IMG/VR virus record: IMGVR_UViG_3300049793_000099
Coordinates: 32,911 to 96,910 of that record
Length of the DNA: 64,000 bases
Strand: one strand, 5' to 3'
Origin: a virus
Part shown: one piece after another, positions 19,201 through 29,700 of the stretch
Layout of the letters: each line of letters starts with the position of its first letter
Position numbering within the stretch: position 1 is the stretch's first letter
Program-made: the position numbers and the translations under genes
The notes under the pieces: model-generated
What the model was told of the DNA's origin: nothing
The model's input: the letters and a program-made list of their open reading frames with translations, nothing else
Databases searched by the model: none

Positions 19201-20330
19201 TGAATATGTGCTTCAAATTTAGCACCTTTAGCCTCATTTTGTTTCTTATATTTTTTACTAAGATTTAGTAAATTATCTAAATTATCTTTAGCTTTATTTA
19301 AAGTTCTAGTAAGCCTATCTTCAACTGTTTCAATTTTAGTTTTAGATAAAGGTTTCTTATTTGCAAACATTGTTTTTTGAAGATTCATACCTCTATAATC
19401 CCTTCTATCTTGTTGAACATAATTAATAATTTCTTCAACAAGATTATCTGTTTCTTTAGTTTTAACTAACCTAAATAAACGTCTCACAGCATCAATAAAT
19501 TGTTTCCAATACGAAGTGTTATTTTCTTTATCTAAGCTTTTTAATTCATCTCTAAATGCTTTATTTGCATATATTTCAGCTACAAACTCTTTTTCATTAG
19601 TAAAACCATAACTTTCCATATCTGTAGAAAAATTACCAGTATTTTTAGCATGTTGATTAACTTGTAAATTCCAATATTTTTCATACATGTCTTTAACTAA
19701 TTTGGAAAATTCTTTTTCTTCAAAAGTAATAGGATTTAATAAAGCTTGTAATGATTGAGCATGAGCTAATTCATGAATAAAAGATTCGATTATAATATTT
19801 ATTGAATATTTTTTAAGTCTATCTTTACTAATTTGAATTGTATTAGTATCTCTACCAATTTGCATTACAGTGTTATCACTAACTAACGTAGACTCATTTA
19901 CAAGTTGAATTTTAGCTCCAGTTCTACCAATCAATCTTCTAGATTTTTCTAATAATTCAATACCAATAGGGGATAAATTCTTATAATTATTAAGAATATT
20001 TTCAAGAATTTCATCTACAGTAATTTTACCTTCCTCATCATTAAATAAAACTCTTATATTTTCATTAGAATAATTGACTGATTCATCACTAATAATTTTA
20101 GTATTTTTATTCCAATCTAATTCATTTTTTTTAGACCCTTTAAAATTGTTAAAAATATTTTTAACCTCTTCAACTTGTTCAGATTGAATAACATCTTCAA
20201 CTTTAGGATATGAATCTAAACCATTTTTATCTTGATATTGACTTATTCTCATTTCTAATAAGAGTGAAGGAAGCTTTGTAGCTTCCAACAACTCTTGAAA
20301 TTCTTTAATATCTGTTCTAATACAATTCAT
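16242..20330 (-). CDS. Large virion cargo (ejection) protein with zincin-like domain
   Basis: 1362 aa, coupled to the RNAP gene; HELAH (19761-19775) followed by EFVAE. Confidence 0.7.
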   Translation of the reverse strand: MNCIRTDIKEFQELLEATKLPSLLLEMRISQYQDKNGLDSYPKVEDVIQSEQVEEVKNIFNNFKGSKKNELDWNKNTKIISDESVNYSNENIRVLFNDEEGKITVDEILENILNNYKNLSPIGIELLEKSRRLIGRTGAKIQLVNESTLVSDNTVMQIGRDTNTIQISKDRLKKYSINIIIESFIHELAHAQSLQALLNPITFEEKEFSKLVKDMYEKYWNLQVNQHAKNTGNFSTDMESYGFTNEKEFVAEIYANKAFRDELKSLDKENNTSYWKQFIDAVRRLFRLVKTKETDNLVEEIINYVQQDRRDYRGMNLQKTMFANKKPLSKTKIETVEDRLTRTLNKAKDNLDNLLNLSKKYKKQNEAKGAKFEAHIQDLISEINKVDGLNQWKGIAVYVKSMLSTIKQLDDRLIKEDLTANNGLEIIDLYRTYLSSYDLVDDVKTLISSLQKDKVDEIGEDIVKEIKDTITEAIGRNSVLESDFNAKLADILKNQLNNLNYLPQVEDKWRKQLAIEYKQRGLVNIGQDEWISKQMNGPRLEEIQIDLDNEVGNLLTGIGTDISWAGQMFGDIINNNSRLVSIVANLVTQAREKIIEQTREGDFKESKLFEQLVKEKNSSKPGEIYKNILDTDSTGYSILKGEYSIKFKEEYKKFKAAKEESYIKIKDSQNFKDKNYIKAKNDFAKFRKENTTVKDGIRIPTFKWKNDLSKLSKTEKEVLNYFIETIKKTDEQTHGIQSLVSEFVGAIYYDLPAVTKSDEERVIEGNLKGILKDKIKDLTEIRPDDIGYQEQRLDSKGNSIHYLRVHYRGKLSSDQQSLDLFTINRLNRINGINYQEKEAIAIKVEAIKMIAKNKEYYIKTKGGESILNKYATRVKEATTSNGTSNEAKMIENIIEKNLYDILHVQYDKLGPLDVNKAISTANGWIASVGLSLNTFSAAANIINAQAQIFLERVAGNHLTKGSVSKAHSIYTKDLANIAGDYSRPIKQSFVNQINQMFDTFGGFTVKQQDYIKNTIAKTAVNFESLQFMHEGGEHYVQSIMVMATLDSIKVMNDSNNYIDKNGKIVEKDKAVSVLDMLFKDEDGIVRLDNKVVYTNRSFNSKIKEGGKEQIMLFVKRKLFDTMGNYDSNMQPEAYRHWWGKMILLFRRYLIPQAVARFRGLTKALVKEEDLTEDDIHFNNALRTTEEGSYVSTVRFIRHTIYPALKQLKFDIISSNWNELSDNKKAGIKKSVMELALTGAILPLIGMLAAGAAGDDDDKKWLWTVAFLARRLESELSQFRDPREATKITKSPIPSLRIIEQTLDVLEYILPWNWSEINDRYESGKNKGKLKIQRKTEKLVPILSKVGVTSEELYNSFNSRWGK

Positions 20331-23300
20331 TATGATTTACATTTTTTAATATACTCTTTAACATAATCTTCTCCAAATTCTCGAATCATATCGTTAAATT
20401 GCTCTTCATTAATAATATTCTCTCCCATTACTTCTTTATTTTGAATCCATAAATCATTTTCTAATTCAGATTCTTTCTTAATTATAACATTTTCTCTATA
20501 AAATATATCTCTAGGGTAGATAACCTCATTATTAAAAAACTCTAATTGTTGTTTATTTATAATTTCAACAACACCTTTACTAGGTTCTTTAAGGTTAATA
20601 CCGTTAGTATCAAAGTTAATGATTCTATTACCTTTCTTATCCTTCACATTAAGATTTTTAATATCAGTATATTCACCATTAATATTAAGGATAAATCTAG
20701 TATAAATACCTTGATAATTTGAATTATACCCAACTAATTTGTAATAAATTGGTGGATTTATACCATTAGAATCTTTTTTAATTCTAAAATATCCAACTTT
20801 TCCAGGTTTTTTAACTAAAAATCCATTAATATTTCTTAATTCTTTTTGAATTTGACTATCTGTAATATTTTTAACAAGTTTAGCATCTTCTAAATTAGAT
20901 AAATAAAATTGATCTATAAATATATCATCATTAACTTCTTCATAATTATCATATTCAAACGAGGTATCAATTATATATCTATTGATATTATTTCTATTAA
21001 ACCATTGTGTAGGAATCATAGTGAAGAATTGACTCATATGAGTGTTAAATCCAGATGTTAAATATGAATATTGAATAAGTTTATTAGCAAATTCTTCATC
21101 ATCATTTAATAAATCTAAAAATGAATTAATCATACTATCTTCAAATTCTTTAGATTTCTTTCTATTATTCAAACCTACAAATTCTAAAATATCCCCTTGT
21201 TTAACAGTCATTTGATCTATAATAGAATATAAACCTTCATTATTTTCTTTAAACAATTTAAATTCTTTAGGAAAATTCAAAGATAAATCTCTTCTTTCTT
21301 GATTAGTCATTTTAAGAGGTTGAAAACCTGACATAACATAACTATAAAAAGTCTTATCTAATTGTTTACTTAAATCCTCATTTAATAATATTTCATTATT
21401 AACATTGTGAGATATTTCATTAAAAGTATCTTGAATAGTATCATTAGCAACTAAGAATAATTTAGGATTGGATTTAACTATTTGTTCAGACTTAATGATT
21501 ATGTTTTTATAATATTTACTAAACATACTTTCAGAACCATTTGGATTTGTAAATTTAGAACTAAATCCTAATATAATATTTTTTTTAAATTTAACTTTAT
21601 CATCATAATCTAAACTATTATATTTTTCTTCAGCATCTAATATAGAATCTACAGCATTTTTAGATATAATTAATGAATTAACACTACCACCAATACCATT
21701 TACCATAAATTTAGATGCATCAATATTAATTTTAATAGCTTTAGATGCAGATTGATATTGTAAAAAAGTATTAAAAGCATTCATTTGAAAAGAATCTTCA
21801 TTTTCAATAACACCCTCTCTCAATTCTTTTAGACTTCTATTAAAAATATTAGTTTTATAAGAATTATCATAATTATCTTTACCAAACTTTTGTTCAATAA
21901 AAGTATCTTGTGTACTAATACCCTGATTTTGAGAACTTTCATATTGTTCAGAAAATTCTACATATTCTTTAATAACTGGTTGAGCTAAGAAAGCATTTAC
22001 ATAAAATGGATGTACACCTTTACGAAGTAATAAATTACCTGTATTAGTTGTCATAGTTACCCAATTACCTTCTGTAATATATGGGTCTTTAGCTATATCA
22101 ACAAATGCATTGAGAATTGCAGATAATGAATTACTAAGTTTAATAGATTTCAAACTATTAACATCTTTTTTAGAAAGACTTATTTCTTTAGCATAATAAT
22201 TTAAATCAGATTGGGATAATTCTTGTGAATATTCTTGGTCTAATTTGTCATTACTTTTAGGAACTTCAAAATTAGTTATACTTAAATCAGCTAAACTTCC
22301 TAATACATAATCCATTAATGAATTAGCTTGTTGTCCTACACCAGCCTTACCAGCTAAGAAACTATATTTAACATCTATATCTTTCAATTGATTAAATGTA
22401 GATAAATTAGTTGTAGATGCTACTTTAGCAATACTTCTGATATCATTTTTAATATAATCAAAATCTACAGGTGTCATTACTTCACCAATAACATTTTCAT
22501 TAAGTAAAACAGATTTATATAATTCAATTAATCTATTTTGTAAAGCTTCTTTAGTTTGTTCTGATTCAGGTTTATCATTATCATAATTTTGATAAACTAA
22601 TTTATTATCTTCAACTTTATAAGCTGGAAACATTAAATACATTTTATCAATATCATAATCAGAACCAGTTTTAGTAGTAATACCTGTATAAGCTACAACA
22701 GTATCGCCATTTTCTTCTGGAAGAATACCAACTATTTCCAAAGCATCATTAGATGATAAACCTTGATTAGGAATTCTATATCCAATAATATTTTCTAATA
22801 TTTTTCTATTTATAACACCATTTATAAACTCACCATTTTCATTTATATAACCAAATAATTTATCAGTATTACCGTTTTTATCTATATAATCTCTATAATT
22901 AGGAATATATTTAGCTATAAAACTACCTGATAACAATACACCACCTGGTCTAATTATTTTCTTACCGTTTTCAGATAATATAAATTCACCACTTTCATCT
23001 TTAAGAAATTGTGGTTCATGAGTAGTAGATAATGCTCTAGGACTCCACATAACTCCTTGTTTATCAGCATTTTCTTTATTAAGTCCAAAGTTACTCATCT
23101 GAATAAATGATCCACCATTAGTCTTAATTTTAAGAATTCTTTTAGTTAAGATAGAACTGAATATATTTTGTAATTTATCTTTAGCTTGAGCTACTCCATA
23201 AATACTAATTTCAGATTCTAAAGCATTAATAACATTTTGTGAACCACCTCTAGATTTTAATTCAGATATAATAGAATTGTAAAAACCTTCAATATTAGTT

Positions 23301-26300
23301 ATAGTTCCATCTTCAGCAACTCCAAATTCCTTTAATACTGATTCATAACCTAAGTTTGATAGTTCACCAATTACATTAGCGATATTTTCAACAATTTGAT
23401 TACCTGAAATTTCTTCATTATCTAAAATAAAATCTTTATCTAAATTAAAAGCTAAACCTTGGAATATATTCTTTTGAATTTGAGAACCTACTTCAGTATC
23501 GTGCATACCTTTAACAGGTAAATCTTGTTGAAGTTTCCATCCATTAGATGGGATTATAAAAGGTTTAAATGTAAAATTATCTAAAAGTTGACCATTATCA
23601 TTATGAATTTTAGTTGGTTTATTAGAACCTACTTTAATTGCATCAAATGTAACTAATTCATCAACTTTTTGAGTAATCATTTGATTGTATATTTTTTCAA
23701 GTTCATTGCCTTTACGCAATCTAGGAGATAATACAGCTTGTGAATATTTAAGAAATATTGGAACTCCGTTAACTGTTTGAAAATAAACTCCTTTTAATGG
23801 TGGGGCTACAGCTTTTAATTCTTCAGCAGTAAATGGTTCATTATTATTACCAAGTAATTTTTCATATACAGAATTATAAATATTATTCCATTTCCCAATT
23901 GATTGAACTAAAGTTTTCCATCTAGCTGGAGTAATCCAAGCTTGAGCATCTGCAGAATTAATCTTTTTGTATTTATTAGCTAAATCTTCACCTAATAATT
24001 CAATTAATTCTGGTAAGAATGGACTATCTATTTCAACACTTTCAATCGAAGCTATTGTATAATCTTTATTAACATTATCTAATCTTTGATATAAACCATC
24101 TGTATATGTAGCAGGTACACGCTTTTTATAATCTACTGCATTTTTATAATATGCAACATCTCCTGCAAACATTTTAGAATATTCAACATGAGATATTAAT
24201 GAGTTAATAAAGAAATCTGAAGAAGCTTTTAATGCATTATCAGATTTATATGAACCCCATATTTTAGTATCTAATTCTTTATTAATTATACCTTCAGAAG
24301 TTTTTTCAAATATTTTGTTTTTAACTAAATTATCTAAAGTTTCTTGAATACCATTTGATAATTCATTTGCAATATAAGATTTAATATCTAATTCAAATTG
24401 TGAATTTTTTAATGTACTTAGATAAGCATTACCTTCAGCATCATATATATTTTTGAAATTTAAATTAGAATCTTTAATTTTATCAGACGATAAAGATGGA
24501 AATAATTGTGATTTAAATGCATGACCTGCTCCCAAATGATAATAAACTCTTAATTTATCAGCATTTTTAGGATCGTTCATAAACTCACGTTCAAACTTCA
24601 TTCTTTTATATTCCGCATCAAAATAATTGAAAATTATATCAATAACTTCTTCATTAACAATAACATCTCTATTACCATTATCATATCTAGCATTAGTAGA
24701 TATATTTCTACCAATTGCTAATTCATATTGAGTTCCTTTATCTGCAGGAGTTGTAGTTCTATAAAAAGATTGTACTCCTTTAGTAAAACCTAATATCTTA
24801 TTAATAGTATCTGAAATATATTCCTGTTTGGAAATAGTTTTATTATCTTTACCTTCTATTGAATTTTCATCTGTTTGATAAGTATTAAAAGAAAATAATT
24901 CTAATTCATTAATACGCTTTTGAGATTCTTTAACTCTCTCCTGCTCTTGAACAGGTAGAGGTAAGAAATCTATAACTTGATATGTATCATCTAAAGCTAG
25001 TAAATATTTCATCCAATCCGAACCTTCATTATATTTAGAAATTTCATAATGTTTTAAAAGAATATTTCTATCTTTCTTCCAAGTTTTAATTGTATTAGAT
25101 AAATATGAAGGGTATGAATATACCCATTTTTGTTTACCTGCTGTAAATACAGAAGCATCTGAACCTTCAGATATATAAAAAGCTTCAGCTTTGGCTAATT
25201 GTTTAAATATAGTTTGATCTGATAAAATATTATCATAATTATTATTTTTATTATCAACAATATTTTTAATAAAATAACTTATATTATTGATTGTTTTATT
25301 GAATTTTTCTTCAGATAACTCATTATCATTATTAATTAATTTAAAATCATCTAAAAAATGTTGAAATCCTTTAATGGTATTTTCAACACCTAATTTTCTA
25401 AGTATATTAATAATATTTTGAACACTATCTAATTGATTATATTTAATCTTATTTAAATCACTTTTAATAATATTTAAGTAATCTTTATCTTCTTTAGATA
25501 TAGTAATACCATCTTTAGTTTCAGTGATAAATCTATCTTTAAAATTCTTATTCCATTCGTTAAATACATCAGATTCTTTCTTACCAGTTTCAGATATATT
25601 AATATTAGTTACCTCTTTAGTACCATCTTCATTATATTTATTAATGGTAGTATTATAATTATTAGTATCTAAATTAAATGCTTGACTAAATTCATTTTTA
25701 ATCTCATTACTTAAATCTGGTTGAGATAAAATTCTATATAATTCTTTAAAATAAGGTTTTTTATTCTCAAATTTTAATATCTCAGCTTTAAATATTTCAA
25801 ACACATCTTCTTGAACACCATCTTTAACAATTGCAATTTGATTTGTCAATTGAGGTAATAATGAAGCATATATTTCATCAAAAGATTTATAAATCGTATC
25901 ATTTAAAAACTCATCTTCTGCAGTAGTATCTTCAATTAAAGATAATCTTAATTTAACATTTGCAGAAGTATTATTTTTAGTAGTTCTTTCATTTGAAGCT
26001 ATACCAAATCCTGGATCTTTTTCATTCTCATTAATTTGAATTTCAACTAAATCAGTATCTTCATCATTATTATTAAAATTTTCAGAATATTTAATTTTAT
26101 AAGTTTCTAATGAATTAACTACATTATTAACAATTTCATCTAAATTTTCATATAAAGCAATTTCTAATAATTCAGCAGTGTCTTCAAATAAATAATCACC
26201 ACTATTTTTAAATACATTAATTCTTTCATTTAATTTATTAGCAATACTTTCTCTAATTGAAATAGTTTTACTATCTAAATTAATATTTTCAAAATCAATC

Positions 26301-26704
26301 TTTAAATTATTTTTAAAATAATTATTAACTAATACTTTAGTAATGCGTTCAATTTGTTCATTTGAAAATAAACCTTTTAATGATTTAGTATTTTCAATAA
26401 TCTCAACTTTATTTTTATCTTTATCTATATAATAATAGTTACCATTCTTTTCATTTTTATAAAGTTTAGGTTCACCATTTTCTTCAATACGAGATTGTCC
26501 AGATTTATAATCATATTTTGCAGATTGTAACATTGGGTTTACTTCATAATCTTCAATCCAATTACCAAAATTAGTTAAAAAATCTTTATCATTCTTAAAA
26601 TAGGAATGAAGAGTTGCTGCTAACTCTTCATCTCCATTATAAGCCTCTAATATTGTATTGTATAAACTGGATTCTTGTCCATTTACTATAAATTTACACG
26701 CCAT
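20330..26704 (-). CDS. Virion-packaged DNA-dependent RNA polymerase (crAss-like, phi14:2 gp66-type)
   Basis: 2124 aa; YRIPNQ and GSDYDIDK (DxDxD at 22646-22660); sits among giant cargo genes. Confidence 0.9.
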   Translation of the reverse strand: MACKFIVNGQESSLYNTILEAYNGDEELAATLHSYFKNDKDFLTNFGNWIEDYEVNPMLQSAKYDYKSGQSRIEENGEPKLYKNEKNGNYYYIDKDKNKVEIIENTKSLKGLFSNEQIERITKVLVNNYFKNNLKIDFENINLDSKTISIRESIANKLNERINVFKNSGDYLFEDTAELLEIALYENLDEIVNNVVNSLETYKIKYSENFNNNDEDTDLVEIQINENEKDPGFGIASNERTTKNNTSANVKLRLSLIEDTTAEDEFLNDTIYKSFDEIYASLLPQLTNQIAIVKDGVQEDVFEIFKAEILKFENKKPYFKELYRILSQPDLSNEIKNEFSQAFNLDTNNYNTTINKYNEDGTKEVTNINISETGKKESDVFNEWNKNFKDRFITETKDGITISKEDKDYLNIIKSDLNKIKYNQLDSVQNIINILRKLGVENTIKGFQHFLDDFKLINNDNELSEEKFNKTINNISYFIKNIVDNKNNNYDNILSDQTIFKQLAKAEAFYISEGSDASVFTAGKQKWVYSYPSYLSNTIKTWKKDRNILLKHYEISKYNEGSDWMKYLLALDDTYQVIDFLPLPVQEQERVKESQKRINELELFSFNTYQTDENSIEGKDNKTISKQEYISDTINKILGFTKGVQSFYRTTTPADKGTQYELAIGRNISTNARYDNGNRDVIVNEEVIDIIFNYFDAEYKRMKFEREFMNDPKNADKLRVYYHLGAGHAFKSQLFPSLSSDKIKDSNLNFKNIYDAEGNAYLSTLKNSQFELDIKSYIANELSNGIQETLDNLVKNKIFEKTSEGIINKELDTKIWGSYKSDNALKASSDFFINSLISHVEYSKMFAGDVAYYKNAVDYKKRVPATYTDGLYQRLDNVNKDYTIASIESVEIDSPFLPELIELLGEDLANKYKKINSADAQAWITPARWKTLVQSIGKWNNIYNSVYEKLLGNNNEPFTAEELKAVAPPLKGVYFQTVNGVPIFLKYSQAVLSPRLRKGNELEKIYNQMITQKVDELVTFDAIKVGSNKPTKIHNDNGQLLDNFTFKPFIIPSNGWKLQQDLPVKGMHDTEVGSQIQKNIFQGLAFNLDKDFILDNEEISGNQIVENIANVIGELSNLGYESVLKEFGVAEDGTITNIEGFYNSIISELKSRGGSQNVINALESEISIYGVAQAKDKLQNIFSSILTKRILKIKTNGGSFIQMSNFGLNKENADKQGVMWSPRALSTTHEPQFLKDESGEFILSENGKKIIRPGGVLLSGSFIAKYIPNYRDYIDKNGNTDKLFGYINENGEFINGVINRKILENIIGYRIPNQGLSSNDALEIVGILPEENGDTVVAYTGITTKTGSDYDIDKMYLMFPAYKVEDNKLVYQNYDNDKPESEQTKEALQNRLIELYKSVLLNENVIGEVMTPVDFDYIKNDIRSIAKVASTTNLSTFNQLKDIDVKYSFLAGKAGVGQQANSLMDYVLGSLADLSITNFEVPKSNDKLDQEYSQELSQSDLNYYAKEISLSKKDVNSLKSIKLSNSLSAILNAFVDIAKDPYITEGNWVTMTTNTGNLLLRKGVHPFYVNAFLAQPVIKEYVEFSEQYESSQNQGISTQDTFIEQKFGKDNYDNSYKTNIFNRSLKELREGVIENEDSFQMNAFNTFLQYQSASKAIKINIDASKFMVNGIGGSVNSLIISKNAVDSILDAEEKYNSLDYDDKVKFKKNIILGFSSKFTNPNGSESMFSKYYKNIIIKSEQIVKSNPKLFLVANDTIQDTFNEISHNVNNEILLNEDLSKQLDKTFYSYVMSGFQPLKMTNQERRDLSLNFPKEFKLFKENNEGLYSIIDQMTVKQGDILEFVGLNNRKKSKEFEDSMINSFLDLLNDDEEFANKLIQYSYLTSGFNTHMSQFFTMIPTQWFNRNNINRYIIDTSFEYDNYEEVNDDIFIDQFYLSNLEDAKLVKNITDSQIQKELRNINGFLVKKPGKVGYFRIKKDSNGINPPIYYKLVGYNSNYQGIYTRFILNINGEYTDIKNLNVKDKKGNRIINFDTNGINLKEPSKGVVEIINKQQLEFFNNEVIYPRDIFYRENVIIKKESELENDLWIQNKEVMGENIINEEQFNDMIREFGEDYVKEYIKKCKS

Positions 26705-26706
26705 AA

Positions 26707-29700
26707 TTATTTACATCTTTTTTCGTATTCTTGAGGATACATTTGTTTAAACATTTCAAAATCTCTTAATTCTTTTTCAGAAGTTAAATTACCTTCTTGT
26801 TTCTTTTTAAACAAAACATCCATTCTTCTAAAGTCAGTTTGTCTTTGTTTAGGATTTCTTTTCTCATTAAAAACTCTATCTTGAGTTTCTTTTATCTCAA
26901 AATTTTCCACAGTTCCAGGTATTTCTGACAAAGATAAGAAATTTTCCTGAGAATTCCTAATATTATTTAATAAATTATTTATTTCTATATCTAATCTATT
27001 AAAATTACGTTCTTTTTTAAAAAGTTCATTTAATCTATTTAATATATTTTCAGATGCTTTTTTAGATATACTATAAAAATTTTTTATTAAATCCTGTTCT
27101 GATAATTTACCATCATTTATATCACTTCTTAAAATATAACGAGCTAATATCAAAACATTATTAGTAGTTAAATTATTTTTTAAATATTCAACTTCTATTT
27201 TTGACGCTTTAAATTTTTCTTGAACATCCTTAATAATTTCTTGATTATTTCCAAATAAACTATCGAATCCAGTATTATCAATTTTAACCTCAACACCTGA
27301 TTCCGAAACTTTAGGTTGATTAGTTACTGTAATACTTGTATTTAAATAAATATTAGTGTAACCTTGAAATGTTGGTTCATTAACTACTGCATTAGTAGAT
27401 AATATATTGTTATCAACTAAATATTTAAGATAATCTGCAGAATTAGATTTAAGATTAGTTTTAGTATTATCAATTTCAGATTTAGGATTAATCTTAATCT
27501 GATGTCTTTTTTGATTAATTAAGAAATCTATAATTTCATTTTGATCTTGTTCAATTGTATCTATTGTAGATTCTTTATCACCATAATATAGAATTCCATT
27601 AACAATTTGCATTTGAGATTTAATATTTGCTGATTGATATATTAATAAATCAATAATTTCTTGAAGTTTAATATCATTTTTATTACCCCCAATAATATTT
27701 AATTCAGCTTCAAAATTAGTTGTAATAGTTTCTTTTAAATCATTATTAACTTCAGAAATAGTTGTATCTAGTGATTTCTCATTAGTTATAATTTCTTTAT
27801 AAATTTCATAAAGTAAAACTGCTTCACTTTCACTAATTTTTTTAATATTAAGTTTTAAAGGAAAAAGTTTACCATTAGTTTGAGGAATAGTTAAATATAT
27901 CTCACCTGCTGCATTTGGCTTAATCTTATCGTTATTAAATTCAAATATTTTATCATTTAATATATTTTGTAATTTACCAAATGAATTTATAACATAAATA
28001 TTTTCTCTAATATAATTTAAATCTTTAATTCCATTTAATTGAAGAATATTATTATTAGCAAATCTATTGCTATCTACTTTTAACAATCCTTTATATTGAT
28101 CTTGTATTGTAGTTTTAATATCATTAATAGATATACCTTTAATTAAATTATTAACAATTTCAATTCTTAATAATTCTGTAGCAATATTTATATCATTTGT
28201 AATCCTTCTAGTTTCAATTGGAGCTTTAACCTCATTTGTAAATTGTACATTAATAGGTAAGAAATCTATTAATAATTTAGGATTAGAAAAATCTTTATTG
28301 TTAAACGCATTTAAAGCTACTATTACTTTAGGATTTTTACCAGGATTTTGATTAATTTCAAATCCAACTTCTTTACCAGATTTATTAACAGGTTCTCTTT
28401 CATATTCTAAATACAAAGGAAATTGTTCTGATATAAAATTTAAAGGTAAACCTGTATTTCTATCTGTACTAATAACTTTAACACCTAATCCATAATCTAC
28501 TTCGCTATTCTGAATACTTTTAAGCTCTTCTGAGGTGTTATTTTCATTCTCTTGAGGTATAAGTTCATCTGTAACAATTGATCCTTCTGTAGCTGTTAAA
28601 CCATCATACGTTGTTACATTATTAAAATCACTATCTTCTTGAGTAGCATTAACTCTTTCTTCATTATTAATAACTTCTTCTTTAGCGATGATTTCAACTT
28701 TTTTCTCATTAGCTTTTTGTTGAAGAACTTTATCTACATTAGTATTTGTTTTAGGTAAATTATCTAATTCATCAGTAGTTGTAGCATTATTAATTACTTG
28801 TGAAATTTCTTCTGCTTTAGCTACTATTTCTGGAGAAGTTGCTTCTTGAAGTTTCTTTTTAGCTACAACTTCATTATTAATCTTATTATTTAACCATTCA
28901 TTATCCCAAATAGTACTATTTGTAGCTTCTTCAAAATCTTTAAGTTGTTCTTCAACTTTAATAATTTGAGAATTAACTAGATTTAATCTAGGATTATTTG
29001 TTTTAGTTTTAATAGTTTTAAAAATATCTTCTGTTTTACCTTCAATATAATTAGGATTTATAATTTCAATAATTGATGAATTAGTTTCTAAATCAGCTCT
29101 TTGTTTCTGTAATTTTTGTAATTTATCCTTAGCATCAAATTCTTCAGCTCTGTCAGATATAAATGTAGAACCAACTCTATTCATAAAGTCAACAAGATGT
29201 TCTTCTGTAACTTCTGGATTATCAATTCTAATAATTGAAGCAGCCGTATCTTTATAAGAACTTAAATCCTTTTGAAGAGATGTTGCTTTTTTCATTATTT
29301 TATCAACTCTTTCAATATTTTCTTTATTGATTTTAACTTGTTCTTCTGAAATATCTTTTGAAGTTTCTGTTGGAAATGCTACTTTTAAATATTCATGTAA
29401 TCCATCTAATGTAACTTGATCTTCACCTATAAACTTTTGAATAAGATTGAACTCTGCTTGACCTTTTAAGTATTCAATAGTATTAGTATCACTTTCTTGA
29501 ATAGCTTTATCATAAATTTGAGAATGTTGTTCAGTTAAATCTAAAGCATTTTTAACTTTAACAACAGCTTCAGGAATAAATACTTTTTTACCATTAACTA
29601 ATTTATCTCTAGTTGAAACTTCACCAGTTTCAGGATTAGTATATTCCTCTTGTTTGTAAAGATTTGTTTTAACTACATCTTGATAAGCAGTAGATTCACC

